Source: a virus
IMG/VR virus record: IMGVR_UViG_3300034143_000010
Reading direction: 5' to 3' (one strand)
DNA: 64,000 bases
Both the position numbers and the translations under genes were made by a program. This document shows positions 18,799 to 29,027 of the stretch, one piece after another; position 1 is the stretch's first letter, and every line of letters starts with the position of its first letter. The notes beneath the pieces were generated by a model. It searched no databases. It was not told the DNA's origin and saw nothing but the letters and a program-made list of their open reading frames with translations.

Positions 18799-19175
18799 CT
18801 TGCTCCCTGCAATGTGCCGAGGACGAACCGCCAGAGGTCGCTCGGTTTAGTGACATCGCCGTAAACCCTAAGCGCCTGACCGGTAGAAGCCAGGATGAGC
18901 AGGTCTCCCGCCTTAGGCGTCTTCGTCGCCGGCAATTTGACCTTGTGCGTGGCCGAAGAGTTGATGCTCTGCGCGGCCACTAACTGAAAGGCGTTCATCG
19001 GAACGGCCTCGCAGGGTACACCCTCTTCAATCGTCTCCGGGTCGTCCGCTTCGTCGCCGCCTATGGGCTGTGGCGCAGCCGGGCGCATGTGCGTGCAGGT
19101 GTCAAGCAGGATGTCCCCAGCCTCTGCCGCGAGCGCGGCGCGGGCCTCCTCAATGCCTTCCGAGTAATCGCTCAT
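18795..19175 (-). CDS. Head-closure / head-tail adaptor protein
   Basis: LLDTCTHMRP...VPCEAVP...VKLPA motif and gene order. Confidence 0.65.
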   Translation of the reverse strand: MSDYSEGIEEARAALAAEAGDILLDTCTHMRPAAPQPIGGDEADDPETIEEGVPCEAVPMNAFQLVAAQSINSSATHKVKLPATKTPKAGDLLILASTGQALRVYGDVTKPSDLWRFVLGTLQGAS

Positions 19176-19453
19176 CCTCGAAGCAACCTGATGCCGATGC
19201 CGCCGCTACCCTCTTCATCGAAGAAGAGCATCCGGCTCACCCGCTCCGTGATCGCCGCCCGCCTTCTGTCAAATCCAAGATCAACACCTTCCGGCTTGAG
19301 GTGCTTGTTGCGGATGGAGTTCCATTCCTCGATGTCGGCCCGCAGAGAGGCATACTGAGCGGCGGTTCGAGACCGCTGGTTGAATTCGACCTCTTCGTAC
19401 TGCTTGCCGCAGATTTCCGCGACAGTGACGATCTCTTCGTCATTAAGCGCCAT
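19172..19453 (-). CDS. Putative head-tail connector
   Basis: 93-aa ORF translationally coupled in the neck position. Confidence 0.5.
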   Translation of the reverse strand: MALNDEEIVTVAEICGKQYEEVEFNQRSRTAAQYASLRADIEEWNSIRNKHLKPEGVDLGFDRRRAAITERVSRMLFFDEEGSGGIGIRLLRG

Positions 19454-19746
19454 TACTGACCCTCGCCTGCGCCTTCAGGCTGCGAGCTTGCGTATCCGGC
19501 GGAAGCCTTTATGGCTGCGATCACCTGGACGTTGGACATGCCCGGGGTGATCTTCACGTCGTAGCGCGCGGCTACCTCGGCAAGCTGAGGCCGCTTCATC
19601 TGCTCAAGAGTATCAGGAGCCGTGCCCGCCGTCTCGCTCTTCTCTTCAAAGAGCGTGTGCAAATCCGGGTTGAAATCCGACTTGTTGATGATCGTAAAAT
19701 CATCTGGCTCGGTCGGATGTTTGACTTTCACTGTCTCGATAAACAT
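19453..19746 (-). CDS. Small capsid-adjacent protein
   Basis: ETVKVKHPTEPDDFTIINKSDFNPDLHTLF plus a Rho-N-like helical tail. Confidence 0.6.
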   Translation of the reverse strand: MFIETVKVKHPTEPDDFTIINKSDFNPDLHTLFEEKSETAGTAPDTLEQMKRPQLAEVAARYDVKITPGMSNVQVIAAIKASAGYASSQPEGAGEGQ

Positions 19747-19841
19747 GCCTTACCTCGTATGAACTGCGTATCGGGCGAGGGCGAGAGGAGCTATCAAACT
19801 CACCCTCGCCCGACTTCGGCACGGCCCTCGTCCTGTTACGA

Positions 19842-20975
19842 TTAGCCGAGCAGGATGGCGGTGTGTTCCGGCTTGATGTTCGACGCACCCCAGGCGAGAG
19901 AAATCTCGTAGCGGATGCGGCGATACTGCTTGTACATCGCGACCTCGAACGTGAGGCCCGAGCGCGGGTCGGTGACGAGCATGCGGTCATCCGCCATGTC
20001 GCCCTCTTCCGGCAATGCGGGCGGACGTGCGACAAGCACCATGGCGCTTCTGTGGAAGGCCATGTTCGCCTCGTAGTTATTGCCAACTGTCAGAGCGGCG
20101 TTATCGGCCAGAGCGGCGCGCAGGCCCGGCTTATTGAGCGAGAGAATGTTCGCCGCGAGTGCGGTGCCAACGATGTACTTGTTGGTGTCTCCCGCGCCCG
20201 TCACGACATCGCCAGCGACGATGGTGCCCGTGCCCGTATCGACCGTGATGTCGGTGTCGCCGATGGCGTAGGCAGCGTGGTTCACCTGATAGTTTGCGCC
20301 CGTGCCTTTGGTGTGCGTCTTGACCTGTGCTGACTCTCTGATCATCAAGCCGAACAGGTTCAGCAGCACGCCCTGGCGAAGCAACGTATCGCCGCCTGCC
20401 TCGTTCGCCTTGTTGAGTTGCGAGAGGCTGCGCATGTTCGCGCCAGCGGTCGTGCCGATGATCAGGTGCAGGTCGCCTTCCGGCGCGCCGTTGTCCTTCA
20501 AAATCTTCAACACTTGCGCGGCTTCCGCGAGATTGGTCGCAAACGGGGTCGTGCCGGCAGTGCCGTAGGCGCGCGAAGAACGCTTATAGAGCAGGGCCAC
20601 ATCCGACTCGACCTCGTTGACGAGCGTCCTGATGGCCTGGGCGATCTGCTGCACGCGGATGGCTCTGTAGCCGGGACCGGTGTTGATGCCCTTCTGCTCT
20701 TCGCCCGTCCAGCGGAACGGGACAGTGCGCGCCTTCGTGATCGAAAGCTGGGCGTTGCCGATCACCTGATCACCGGTGTCGGGCGGGGTCGTGCCGGGCG
20801 TGACATCTTCGGCGGAAGCCGCCGGTGTGATGGGCACGCGAATCGTCTGGCCGACGGCAGCGCGCTCGGCAGCTGCGTCGAGCGTCACGGCGGGAATGAA
20901 CCCGACCAGCTCACGCGACACAACGTCGAGAGCCTCAAACAGGTCGGGCGTCAGTGCAGTCAATGTATTTGACAT
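19842..20975 (-). CDS. Major capsid protein, P22 coat-like
   Basis: LDVVSRELVGFIPAV...VGQTIRVP...LTFEVAMYKQYRR.RYEISLAWG. Confidence 0.88.
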   Translation of the reverse strand: MSNTLTALTPDLFEALDVVSRELVGFIPAVTLDAAAERAAVGQTIRVPITPAASAEDVTPGTTPPDTGDQVIGNAQLSITKARTVPFRWTGEEQKGINTGPGYRAIRVQQIAQAIRTLVNEVESDVALLYKRSSRAYGTAGTTPFATNLAEAAQVLKILKDNGAPEGDLHLIIGTTAGANMRSLSQLNKANEAGGDTLLRQGVLLNLFGLMIRESAQVKTHTKGTGANYQVNHAAYAIGDTDITVDTGTGTIVAGDVVTGAGDTNKYIVGTALAANILSLNKPGLRAALADNAALTVGNNYEANMAFHRSAMVLVARPPALPEEGDMADDRMLVTDPRSGLTFEVAMYKQYRRIRYEISLAWGASNIKPEHTAILLG

Positions 20976-21026
20976 TACGAATCTTCCTTATAAATTAAAT
21001 GCGGCACCCTCTTTTAAGGGCGCGGC

Positions 21027-21809
21027 TCAGTCAACGACGGTGCCGCCCGATTTGACGTGCGCCATCTGATCCGATGGGGCCATCTGCTCGAACGCGTCGC
21101 GTTTGACGGTTTTGGCTCCGCCCGAACCGCCGCCACTGCCGCCCGCCGGAGCACCGCTCCCGCCTGCGCCCGAAGCCCCGTAGAACTTCGGCTTTTGCGA
21201 TTTGAATTCTTCACCCCAGAACCTATCGAGAGTCATGCTGCTCTCGTCGCCCTCTTTGTCGAGCACCACGGGCTGGCGCTTGTCGTTGAGCCTGAATCGA
21301 TGAGACGTGATCTTCAGTACATCCTCGATGTCGTCCGCGAGCACTCCGGCCTTCAGCGCCGCGTCTCTCACCGGGCTGATCAGTTCGTACCCATCGAGCC
21401 GGGAATCGCGCTCGGCGAGCTGCTTCTTTAATTCAGCCGCCTCTGCGTCGAATTCTTCCGAGCGCTTCTTCATCAAGCGGTCGAACTCATCTTCCCGTTT
21501 CTTCAGCAGCCGTTCGAACTCGCCCTTGTCTATCAGGGCCTTTTCGTCCAGCTCGTTGAGCTTTTTGAGAGCCTCGCGGGCCTTCTCCGGATCAATGTCC
21601 CTGTACTTTTCAAGCTCGGCCCTGGCAGCCTTACGCTCTTCGCGCTCGTGCTTTAACGCTCCCGCCTGCTCCTCTTTATCGTCCCACTCGAATTCTTCGA
21701 GCTTCTCCGGGTCAACGGAAAAACTGCCATCTTTCTCGACATACAGCCCGCGGTATGCCTCCGGCACCTCGTCGAGCTTCGTAACCTTCTTAAATTTGAA
21801 CTTTGCCAT
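21027..21809 (-). CDS. Capsid scaffolding protein
   Basis: Charged coiled coil, ALKHEREERK...YRDIDPEKAREAL, Gly-rich C-terminus. Immediately upstream of the capsid gene. Confidence 0.8.
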   Translation of the reverse strand: MAKFKFKKVTKLDEVPEAYRGLYVEKDGSFSVDPEKLEEFEWDDKEEQAGALKHEREERKAARAELEKYRDIDPEKAREALKKLNELDEKALIDKGEFERLLKKREDEFDRLMKKRSEEFDAEAAELKKQLAERDSRLDGYELISPVRDAALKAGVLADDIEDVLKITSHRFRLNDKRQPVVLDKEGDESSMTLDRFWGEEFKSQKPKFYGASGAGGSGAPAGGSGGGSGGAKTVKRDAFEQMAPSDQMAHVKSGGTVVD

Positions 21810-21895
21810 TCGAGCACCGCTCCAAATGTTTTTGAGTCGCGCGAGCACCGCCCGCGGGACAAGATTCGCCGCCCCTGAGGCGGCCAGAGGATGTC

Positions 21896-21938
21896 AGACT
21901 AAGGGATATGGGAATTTAATTATTCGGAGGGTGTCCGC
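21896..21938 (-). promoter_or_regulatory. Single copy of tripartite late-promoter-like motif
   Basis: Minus strand GCGGACACCC-tccgaataa-TTAA-N14-TAGTCT, upstream of scaffold/capsid. Confidence 0.75.
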
Positions 21939-22006
21939 TTTTTTGGCGGGAAGGATGAACGCGGAAGGATGAATGTAAAGATGACGTTTACCCCTTTACA
22001 TTCCAT

Positions 22007-22025
22007 AATCGTCAAATTTACGATT
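22007..22025. repeat. Palindromic repeat, copy 2
   Basis: aatcgt caaattt acgatt. Confidence 0.9.
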
Positions 22026-22307
22026 TTGATTGCTCTTCAATCTCTCTCAAGCTCTTCGTATAGCGACTCCGGCCCCAGCGCCTTGAGCGCCTCTTGCCGA
22101 CGAAATCTTCAAGTTTTACATCGCCCTGCTTAAAAACCCCTTTGGCGCTCGGCAATCTTGCCAGTACGGCCCTGATGAAAGCCTTCATGCCTGGCGAGCG
22201 CAAAATCCTTGCAAGCTTTCTCAACCCACCCCCGGAGGACGCCCCCTGCGTCCGCGCCGTTCGCCGTGCAGGCAACGGCTCTAAACTTCCGTGAAAGGAG
22301 TCTCCGC

Positions 22308-22652
22308 ATGGTTCAGGCATTAATTGAGAATAACAATTTAGAGCTTCTCGCCACTCAACTGGTGCAGGCCCAGGAGCTATTCGGTGCCCAACGCAGCTGA
22401 ATGGCAGACTTGCAATGGGAACTCGACTCAACTACCACCGCTAGAGACAAAGCCTCTACTACCTTCTGCGCTTCTGCGAGGCCGCTGAGCGATAACATAA
22501 AGCAACTCATGGAGCCTGCTCTTAACCTGCTCTTCGAGCACAATATCTACACCAATCTTCCTGAGCCCGACCACGCAATACTTCGCCTGATGGAGATAGT
22601 CGCCCCTGATCTTGAACAGGCTTATGAATCGTTCACGGAAGAAAGACGTTAA
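22308..22652 (+). pseudogene. Small gene split by in-frame TGA (22398-22400)
   Basis: RBS aaggag-ATG MVQALIENN...QRS*MADLQWEL... continues in the same frame to 22652. Confidence 0.5.
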
Positions 22653-22667
22653 ATATCATTTTTGTAT

Positions 22668-23054
22668 TCACCGTCGGCTACCGCGAATCAAAAGACCGAT
22701 GACGAGCCCGGCTGCCGCCGAGATCAATATCGCCTGGCCCGGATTCTGGCGCGCGTAGTCTTTGGCCTGATTGGCGACCTCTTTGTAGTCCGTGTTCTGC
22801 AAGTCCTTGAACTTGTCAACCACCGGGGTCATCTTGTCAGACACGTAGTCCTTGGCTGTCGAAGCAGCATCGGCAACCTTCTTGCCGTATTCCTGTGCTG
22901 ACACGGCAAGCCCTGTTGCTGTCCCTGTCCCTATCGCTCCTGGATCATTGTATTGTCTCTCCCACTCCTCTCGCTCCCTTTTAAGTCTATCTATTTCATC
23001 AATCTCGCCAGGCTTTTCTTTCTCTTGTGCCTTGATGGTTTCCTGCTCAGACAT
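22668..23054 (-). CDS. DUF883 / ElaB-YqjD-like tail-anchored membrane protein
   Basis: AKDYARQNPGQAILISAAAGLVIGLLIRGSRR C-terminus. Confidence 0.8.
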   Translation of the reverse strand: MSEQETIKAQEKEKPGEIDEIDRLKREREEWERQYNDPGAIGTGTATGLAVSAQEYGKKVADAASTAKDYVSDKMTPVVDKFKDLQNTDYKEVANQAKDYARQNPGQAILISAAAGLVIGLLIRGSRR

Positions 23055-23778
23055 CGCTATCCTCCTTAGTAGTGAGGTCGCCCTCGGTCTTATTCATGCT
23101 CGGTGCACTCGGGCTGACGATTGTTGTGGCGGTCCATTTTGTGCCTCTCGCAAATATTATAAATTCAACCTTGTAGGCGGTTTTATCATTCGTTAATAGC
23201 TCAACTAGCTGCTGATCTCGAATTGTTTCTCCTGGTTCTATCCACGCGTGCCTTTCCAATACGTTAAAGGGCGCTAAATATTTCCAGGGGACACTCCGTA
23301 CTCTGCGTTGTTGAGCCTCTATCTCTGGCACCTGAAGCCTAAACCTTTCATGGAAAATATTTAGGCTAACGCCCCTTTGTGTGAGTTCAACTTTTGAAGA
23401 GCCGACATTTTTAAGACTAACAGAAATTCTCAGGTGGCTAACGTTACCGATTTTGATGATCTCCCCAGAGACACTTGTTTCTAAACGGGATATAAACACC
23501 CGCTCCTTAATAAATTTAAAATATGTCCAAATTCCACCCAAGATTAAGGCTGTAACTGTAGCGAGATGCTCAAAGGTGGAAGTCAAACTTTCCAAATCGC
23601 TAATTGTCATGCTCCAACTAATTTTTACTGAAGGTGACAGCGTCATCGCAATGAAGCTATCGCATACTAATACAACGTACATGACAAGGGCAGGTTTGAA
23701 ATCTTTCAATAGCTCTCTAATGCTTTGAAAGTCTATTGGCATGGAAGAAATATCCTTAAAGAGTGGTGAGATCAACAA
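23047..23778 (-). CDS. Hypothetical membrane protein
   Basis: 243-aa AT-rich ORF with hydrophobic N-terminal segments. Start uncertain. Confidence 0.6.
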   Translation of the reverse strand: MLISPLFKDISSMPIDFQSIRELLKDFKPALVMYVVLVCDSFIAMTLSPSVKISWSMTISDLESLTSTFEHLATVTALILGGIWTYFKFIKERVFISRLETSVSGEIIKIGNVSHLRISVSLKNVGSSKVELTQRGVSLNIFHERFRLQVPEIEAQQRRVRSVPWKYLAPFNVLERHAWIEPGETIRDQQLVELLTNDKTAYKVEFIIFARGTKWTATTIVSPSAPSMNKTEGDLTTKEDSDV

Positions 23779-24080
23779 ACAAAGGTAAGACCACTGTCAG
23801 TAAGGAGAAACGCAGCAGAGAATATTACTGTGGGATATTGCTGTCAATATTTAGCTGCAGGTTATTAGGTGAGGTCTATTTACCGTGTTTGCCTTTACTA
23901 GGAAATAACAGTATATGATAAGCAAACATTAATCTCGCCTAAAGAGAAAATTTATCATACACTCCAACTCTTGCCAGTTGACCGCCTTGAGAGCGAGCTT
24001 TATGACAGCAAACTTCCACCACTTTACCTATTGTTGTCGAAAGAAGTTAACCACATCAAATGTTTATCGGGAGGGGAAAC

Positions 24081-24296
24081 ATGGGGTTCTCCACGTACAC
24101 TATAGAAGTGCAGAACAAAGCAATAGTTTTGCATCCCGACTCTACTCCTGATCAGCCAATCCAAATTGAAATTACCGACCGAAGTTCAGCGTACTCGGTT
24201 GTTAAGTGGGCTGGCGGGAAACAGTGGCTAGCTGTAGCAGCTAAACAACTAGCCCCGCCTAACTGGAATGGAAGATATTATGAAACATTCATATAA
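24081..24296 (+). CDS. Small hypothetical protein
   Basis: RBS ggagggg before ATG 24081, MGFSTYTIEV... Confidence 0.55.
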   Translation: MGFSTYTIEVQNKAIVLHPDSTPDQPIQIEITDRSSAYSVVKWAGGKQWLAVAAKQLAPPNWNGRYYETFI

Positions 24297-24335
24297 GTTA
24301 TTGTGTATCCCCCACAATCAGACAATTGCTGAATC

Positions 24336-25832
24336 TCATTGACCAGCACCCGCGCCAGCCCCGCCGCCGCCATCAAAATCCTTCAGCAAGGAAGCGCCCG
24401 GATTCTTCGCCTGATCCTTCAATCTCTGCTCTTCCACTTTTGGATCGAACGTATCCGGCAAAGCATCAGAGTTCTGCATTATCTCCCACATGGTTAGAAG
24501 CGAGAGCTGGCCCTGCGCGGCCATACTGCTGTAGGTGGCGATCTGCGCCTGTGTGAGCCGCATGCTCTTCAGGTGAGAGCCCAAGGTGACGGAGCCGCCC
24601 TTATCTTCGCCAAGGTCCAAGTACTGCGCGTGAAAGCCCATGCACTGCTCAAGCATATCGCTGAAGGAGCGCGCCATCGTTTCCAGTTCCGACGACTCCT
24701 GAGTGAAATCTATGACCGTCTCAGTGGCCGTGGCTTCAGCCTGCCGCTGCCCGGCGATCACTGAGAGGCCGAGGGTGGCCATCTCGCCGCGGAGGTCTTG
24801 CAGGTCGAGGCGCGACTCTTCAAGCGAGTTACCAGTCGGCTCCATATAGTAAGCATCACCATCTGCCGGAACTCTGATTCCAAGACCGGAGCCCACTTCT
24901 ATCTTTTTGATTCCCTCATCCACGCCTTTGAAAATAGGAATTGGAAAGTTGCATTTATGAAGGTTGCGGTCTCGATCAGACTTCTTTTGAAAGTAGCTGA
25001 TATTCAAGAGCGCCAGGTCTAGCAGGGGCGGCTGGCTCTGAAGGAAGCCTTTCTTCTTACCGTAGGCGACGCTGACGGGGATGCGCGAGAGCTTAGGGAT
25101 TACGCCCCCGTCTATGACCGGGAAAGCGTCCTCTCCGTTTAGTCCCTTTTGCTTCTCTTTCAACTCCCATCTGACTTCCATCTTCACTTCGGAGCTGATC
25201 AGATCTGTATAAGGAACAAGGGTGAATGTGCGATAGCGCATGACTGTCTTCTCGCCATATTCGCCATCCTCCACGCACGTCTCCTCCTCGAAGGTAATCT
25301 GGCCAATCTCGGTCTGCCCGTTAATGGTCGCCTTGCGGAAATTAATAGCTTGGTCGGCGGTGTATTTCACCCAGTAGGGGCGCAGGCCCGCTCTCAGCTC
25401 GTCTTCAAGCGTAGCGCCGGGACCGAGCGCCTTCTGCATGTCCACGAGCACGAGCACATGCCCGTCGAAGAGGTCTTCAAATGCCTCTTTAGCAAACACG
25501 TCGAGATGCGTTCCGGCGAGGTCAATATTCTCCGCATGATCTTTGATTTGTTGCGGCACGTCTTCGTTGAGCACCGGATTCTTCTTAAAGACCATGCCAA
25601 CGAGGCCCTGCACGGTGCGCACGTACGCGTTGAAGAGCGTAGCCGTGCCCAGCCGATCTTTATAATCGTCAGCATGCTCTGCCGGAAACTGCGGTAGATA
25701 GGCTTTCCCCAGGTCGCGCAGGTGAAGCGCAGTCTTTGACACGTCCCTGACTATCTTCCAAGCGCGCGCCATCGCCAGATAAGTTTTATTCCGATAGCTT
25801 GGTTTATTACTTTCGTTATTAGTCATGATCAA
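24336..25832 (-). CDS. Portal protein (DUF4055-like)
   Basis: YLPQFPAEHADDYKDRL..ATLFNAY.RTV.GLVGMVF..., PPLLDLALLNI.YFQK.SD. Follows the terminase. Confidence 0.88.
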   Translation of the reverse strand: MIMTNNESNKPSYRNKTYLAMARAWKIVRDVSKTALHLRDLGKAYLPQFPAEHADDYKDRLGTATLFNAYVRTVQGLVGMVFKKNPVLNEDVPQQIKDHAENIDLAGTHLDVFAKEAFEDLFDGHVLVLVDMQKALGPGATLEDELRAGLRPYWVKYTADQAINFRKATINGQTEIGQITFEEETCVEDGEYGEKTVMRYRTFTLVPYTDLISSEVKMEVRWELKEKQKGLNGEDAFPVIDGGVIPKLSRIPVSVAYGKKKGFLQSQPPLLDLALLNISYFQKKSDRDRNLHKCNFPIPIFKGVDEGIKKIEVGSGLGIRVPADGDAYYMEPTGNSLEESRLDLQDLRGEMATLGLSVIAGQRQAEATATETVIDFTQESSELETMARSFSDMLEQCMGFHAQYLDLGEDKGGSVTLGSHLKSMRLTQAQIATYSSMAAQGQLSLLTMWEIMQNSDALPDTFDPKVEEQRLKDQAKNPGASLLKDFDGGGGAGAGAGQ

Positions 25833-27595
25833 ATCCTGAACTCAACTGATCCCACTTCTTTGGTTTTGAATAGGAAGTCGGGAGCGACTGACAACACGAA
25901 GCCGTCACCGTCGTCGGGCGAGCGACCCAATCGTTTGGGTTTGCGAAACTCTATCTTCGACTCCAGCCTCTTAACGTCCACGCCCTTGAGGTTGACCCAC
26001 TCGTAAAGGCGCTCACACAGATCGGCTTCGAGCGTCTCCGGGGGCTTTTCGATGCGTATCCCCTTCAGCGTCTCCGCCGCTTCGGCCATCGCTTGAGTGA
26101 TCAGATCGTGATAGGACTTCTCGTCGGTGGCACTGGCATTGAAATGCACTTCGTAGACACGGAAGTCTATGAACGCGGCGCGCAGCTCCATATCGGTTTT
26201 GAGCTTGTCCACGACGCCGCCACCGAAGCCGCCGCCGCCATCGACGCGGATGTGCAGGCTTTTAACGCCCTTCCCGGCGAGCTTGAGAGCCTCTGCCTTG
26301 ATGACGCGCGCATAATCGTTCGTGTCCTGTTTCCAGAACTGCGCGGCGCGCCAGGCGCGGCCCATGTAGCGAATAAAGAGTGTTCCGTAGTCACGCCCGT
26401 AGCGAGATACGTCCACGCCCATGCGCGCGCGCGTCGGGTCTTCTGCTGGAGCCTCCCGCTTGCAGGCAGCCTCGTAGCGCCCGACGGTAATCAGGCTCTT
26501 GTCGGAGATATTTGCCGGAGCAATGCCGAGCACGCGGAACATGAATTCCGGGTCGGGCTTAAAGATCGTGCCCTCCGGATGCGTGCCGTCTTTAGTGACG
26601 ACCGGGAAAGGTAGCTCGAAGGTCAAGTCATCTTCAGAGTGCTCAGTGACAACCTCGCAGTGCTTCTCCACCATTTCCTCGACGTACTGCCGCTTGACCG
26701 CGCCCGGCACGACCTCACGGCCTGCGACGACGTTCGGGTGATGAATGCAGGAGATGCGAAAGCTCTTGACGTTGGAATTGTTTTTCGCCTTATGAAACTT
26801 CGACGAGCGGGTCTTAGGGTTCGCCAGCATGAGCACGATGGAGATTCCGCCCGAGGTCATCGAATCAACCGCATTCCAGACGAAGTCGGCTACGCCCTCG
26901 GCCTCATCCAGCACATAGAGGTTATATTTGCCGTGCTGGCCCTGCGCGCGCTCTGTTCCTGTGCCGCTGGCGTTGTTTGTCGCCTTGCCCTTGATGAAGT
27001 GCTCGTCGCCTACCCTGATCTCCAAATCCATGACCCGGCCCGGAAGGCCCTTGTCGCGCCTGTCAGTCTTTATCTCCTTGAATAGCAGGTCATGAATCTG
27101 CTCGCCTGAAGGCGCAAAGCAGTACCCGACGCATGGCGTGAAGTGATCGAAGAAGTGGTTGACCAAGCCGGAGGTCAGCTTGGTCTTACCGACGGTGTGA
27201 CCGGCTTCGACACGAATACGGTTTTTAATGACTTGTCCGGGCTTCCAATACTGTAGATCGTCAACTGTAATAGGCCCCGGCTTCAGCCACGGGCAATACG
27301 GCGCATCTTCTTCGGAAAGGAAGCCAGCTTCGTATGCCTTGCGCTCGTGCTGCTGTCGTAGCGCGAGCACGTAAGCGTCTATAACCTGCTGCTGACCGGG
27401 ATGATCTTCGTCTCCGCTCCATGGCTCCCAGCCCAGATGATTCTTGATATAGGTGGCCGGTTCGTAGTGCGTAGCATTGAAGCGGCTCGTCTGAGGAGCT
27501 GGGCCATAGACCTTTAAGGCAAGCTGCGCGGCCTCCGCCTGTTGGTCAGGCGGCAACTGCATTATGCGTGCATAGACTTCCTCACGACTGAGCAT
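25829..27595 (-). CDS. terL: Terminase large subunit
   Basis: Walker A-like AGHTVGKT, Walker B VLDEAEG, nuclease GVDVSRYGRD and SPDDGDG. Start refined to MLSREEVY. Confidence 0.9.
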   Translation of the reverse strand: MLSREEVYARIMQLPPDQQAEAAQLALKVYGPAPQTSRFNATHYEPATYIKNHLGWEPWSGDEDHPGQQQVIDAYVLALRQQHERKAYEAGFLSEEDAPYCPWLKPGPITVDDLQYWKPGQVIKNRIRVEAGHTVGKTKLTSGLVNHFFDHFTPCVGYCFAPSGEQIHDLLFKEIKTDRRDKGLPGRVMDLEIRVGDEHFIKGKATNNASGTGTERAQGQHGKYNLYVLDEAEGVADFVWNAVDSMTSGGISIVLMLANPKTRSSKFHKAKNNSNVKSFRISCIHHPNVVAGREVVPGAVKRQYVEEMVEKHCEVVTEHSEDDLTFELPFPVVTKDGTHPEGTIFKPDPEFMFRVLGIAPANISDKSLITVGRYEAACKREAPAEDPTRARMGVDVSRYGRDYGTLFIRYMGRAWRAAQFWKQDTNDYARVIKAEALKLAGKGVKSLHIRVDGGGGFGGGVVDKLKTDMELRAAFIDFRVYEVHFNASATDEKSYHDLITQAMAEAAETLKGIRIEKPPETLEADLCERLYEWVNLKGVDVKRLESKIEFRKPKRLGRSPDDGDGFVLSVAPDFLFKTKEVGSVEFRI

Positions 27596-28100
27596 TGTCA
27601 GCAGGCAGCTCGTCAGGAGAAGCGCCAAGAAGTTCTGCCAGAGCCTCACGCGCATTAACCTTCACGTCTACTTTCTGGCGGCGGTCGCCCATCTCTTTAG
27701 CGATGTCATCAAGCAGGCCACGGAATTGCGTAACCTCCGCTGAATTGAAAGTATCGACATCAACGATTTCCTGAAAATCGCCACTGCCGACGGCCTTCCT
27801 ATCGGGCAGCCACAACCGGCCATTTTCGAGTAGGTCTTTCTCCAGTTCTTCGGCGAGCTTATTCAGCGACTCAACGCGCCGCTCCTTGCGGGCAAAACCT
27901 ACTTTCAGCGCGCTCGTCTCCGCTTCATCCTTAATCTGCGAGACCTTCACTTTGCGCGTTTTGCGATAGTGGTCTACCTGCTGGCGTGAGACTGAGTAAG
28001 GCTCGTCGAACTTACTTGCCTGCTCGTTAATCTCGTTGCTTTCGAGGCCCTCTGAGATCAATGCGAGCAGGTGCTTTTTTTGGTCGCTGTTCAGCTTCAT
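27582..28100 (-). CDS. Putative terminase small subunit
   Basis: Helical ORF overlapping the terL start. VSRQQVDHY, LDDIAKEMG. Confidence 0.65.
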   Translation of the reverse strand: MKLNSDQKKHLLALISEGLESNEINEQASKFDEPYSVSRQQVDHYRKTRKVKVSQIKDEAETSALKVGFARKERRVESLNKLAEELEKDLLENGRLWLPDRKAVGSGDFQEIVDVDTFNSAEVTQFRGLLDDIAKEMGDRRQKVDVKVNAREALAELLGASPDELPADNAQS

Positions 28101-28308
28101 CGTTTTCTTGCCCAGGCTCGGCATCAACGAACCTGACTGTTACTTCAAGGAGACGCGCGCGCCCGTGATGCGCGAGCAGAAGCGCCGCGTCGGCTTCGGA
28201 GGCTGGCAGGTCGAGCTTGATGCGCGCACCGTCGCCTCGCCCACCGGAGAAAGTCACAGCGCTTTGAATCGGCGGCAGTGAGGCGAGGAATTTGATCTCA
28301 TCTACCAA
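28027..28308 (-). CDS. Hypothetical protein
   Basis: DEIKFLASLPPIQSAVTFSG.GDGARIKLDLP. TTG start inferred. Confidence 0.5.
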   Translation of the reverse strand: MVDEIKFLASLPPIQSAVTFSGGRGDGARIKLDLPASEADAALLLAHHGRARLLEVTVRFVDAEPGQENDEAEQRPKKAPARIDLRGPRKQRD

Positions 28309-28495
28309 GCTGTCCCGCCTTGAATTGGAGGAATCTGTAAGGCTCTGTGTTCCTGTATTGCAGCGCGGCGCACCTGTCGCACCGCCGCACTTCCCTGTCC
28401 CTGCGAACGGTGCCGCCGTGCCAGACGCACCAGGCATGGAGAGGAAGGAGGTTGCAGAGTAAGAATTTAAGAATTTTGTTCATCGCACTTGTCAC
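28298..28495 (-). CDS. Small Cys-containing hypothetical protein
   Basis: LCNLLPLHAW...RCDRC. Coupled to neighbouring ORFs. Confidence 0.45.
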   Translation of the reverse strand: MTSAMNKILKFLLCNLLPLHAWCVWHGGTVRRDREVRRCDRCAALQYRNTEPYRFLQFKAGQLGR

Positions 28496-28505
28496 CCGTT
28501 ACTTG

Positions 28506-28901
28506 TCAGGCCTGCACAGTAAGTTGGCGGGCCATCTGCCGCGCACGCTTCGCCTCGCGCCGGTTCACCTTCGGCTCCTTGCGCACGGCGGTGATGCCGC
28601 GTATGAAATTGCCATCTTCTGGGTTCACACGGTCTGATCGGTGCGCATAGACGCCGTAGCGACCGCACACAGCTGATGGCTTATCAGCCTCTTCCTGCCG
28701 CTTCTGAAGCTCGTAGCGGCGTACATTACACTCAGCTTGAGAGCGCGCCGTATCCGGGTGCTTACAAGCCCTGTGATAGCCCGCCTCAACCGTTCCTGCT
28801 TCGATCAGGTCTGCGAGCAGCCTGATCTTGACCTCCTGCGGGTCGGTCTGCCGCTCCATCTCAGCGGCGACCTTCAGTTCTATTTCTTCGAGATCGATCA
28901 T
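28506..28901 (-). CDS. Hypothetical protein
   Basis: RBS ggag before MIDLEEIELK. Confidence 0.55.
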   Translation of the reverse strand: MIDLEEIELKVAAEMERQTDPQEVKIRLLADLIEAGTVEAGYHRACKHPDTARSQAECNVRRYELQKRQEEADKPSAVCGRYGVYAHRSDRVNPEDGNFIRGITAVRKEPKVNRREAKRARQMARQLTVQA

Positions 28902-29007
28902 TTTGTCTCCTGTTTGACTGCTCCGACGAAGCCTTGATAACAGAGGATTTGAATCACCAGAGTTATGGCCCGGTTTATGATCTTCACTGCGATACCTCAT
29001 GCTTCAA

Positions 29008-29026
29008 AATCGTCAAATTTACGAAT
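29008..29026. repeat. Palindromic repeat, copy 3
   Basis: aatcgt caaattt acgaat. Confidence 0.9.
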
Positions 29027-29027
29027 A

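Noticed and set aside
19770-19815. GC-rich hairpin after the capsid gene as a terminator
   Set aside because: No U-tract on the minus strand. It is probably an ordinary mRNA-stabilising stem.
17000-21900. Numerous long plus-strand ORFs opposite structural and early genes
   Set aside because: These are shadow ORFs of GC-rich coding sequence with no recognisable motifs or RBS.
22018-22431. 137-aa minus-strand ORF
   Set aside because: Poor protein-like composition, no RBS, and it overlaps a better supported plus-strand gene. Only its short 3' part might be coding.
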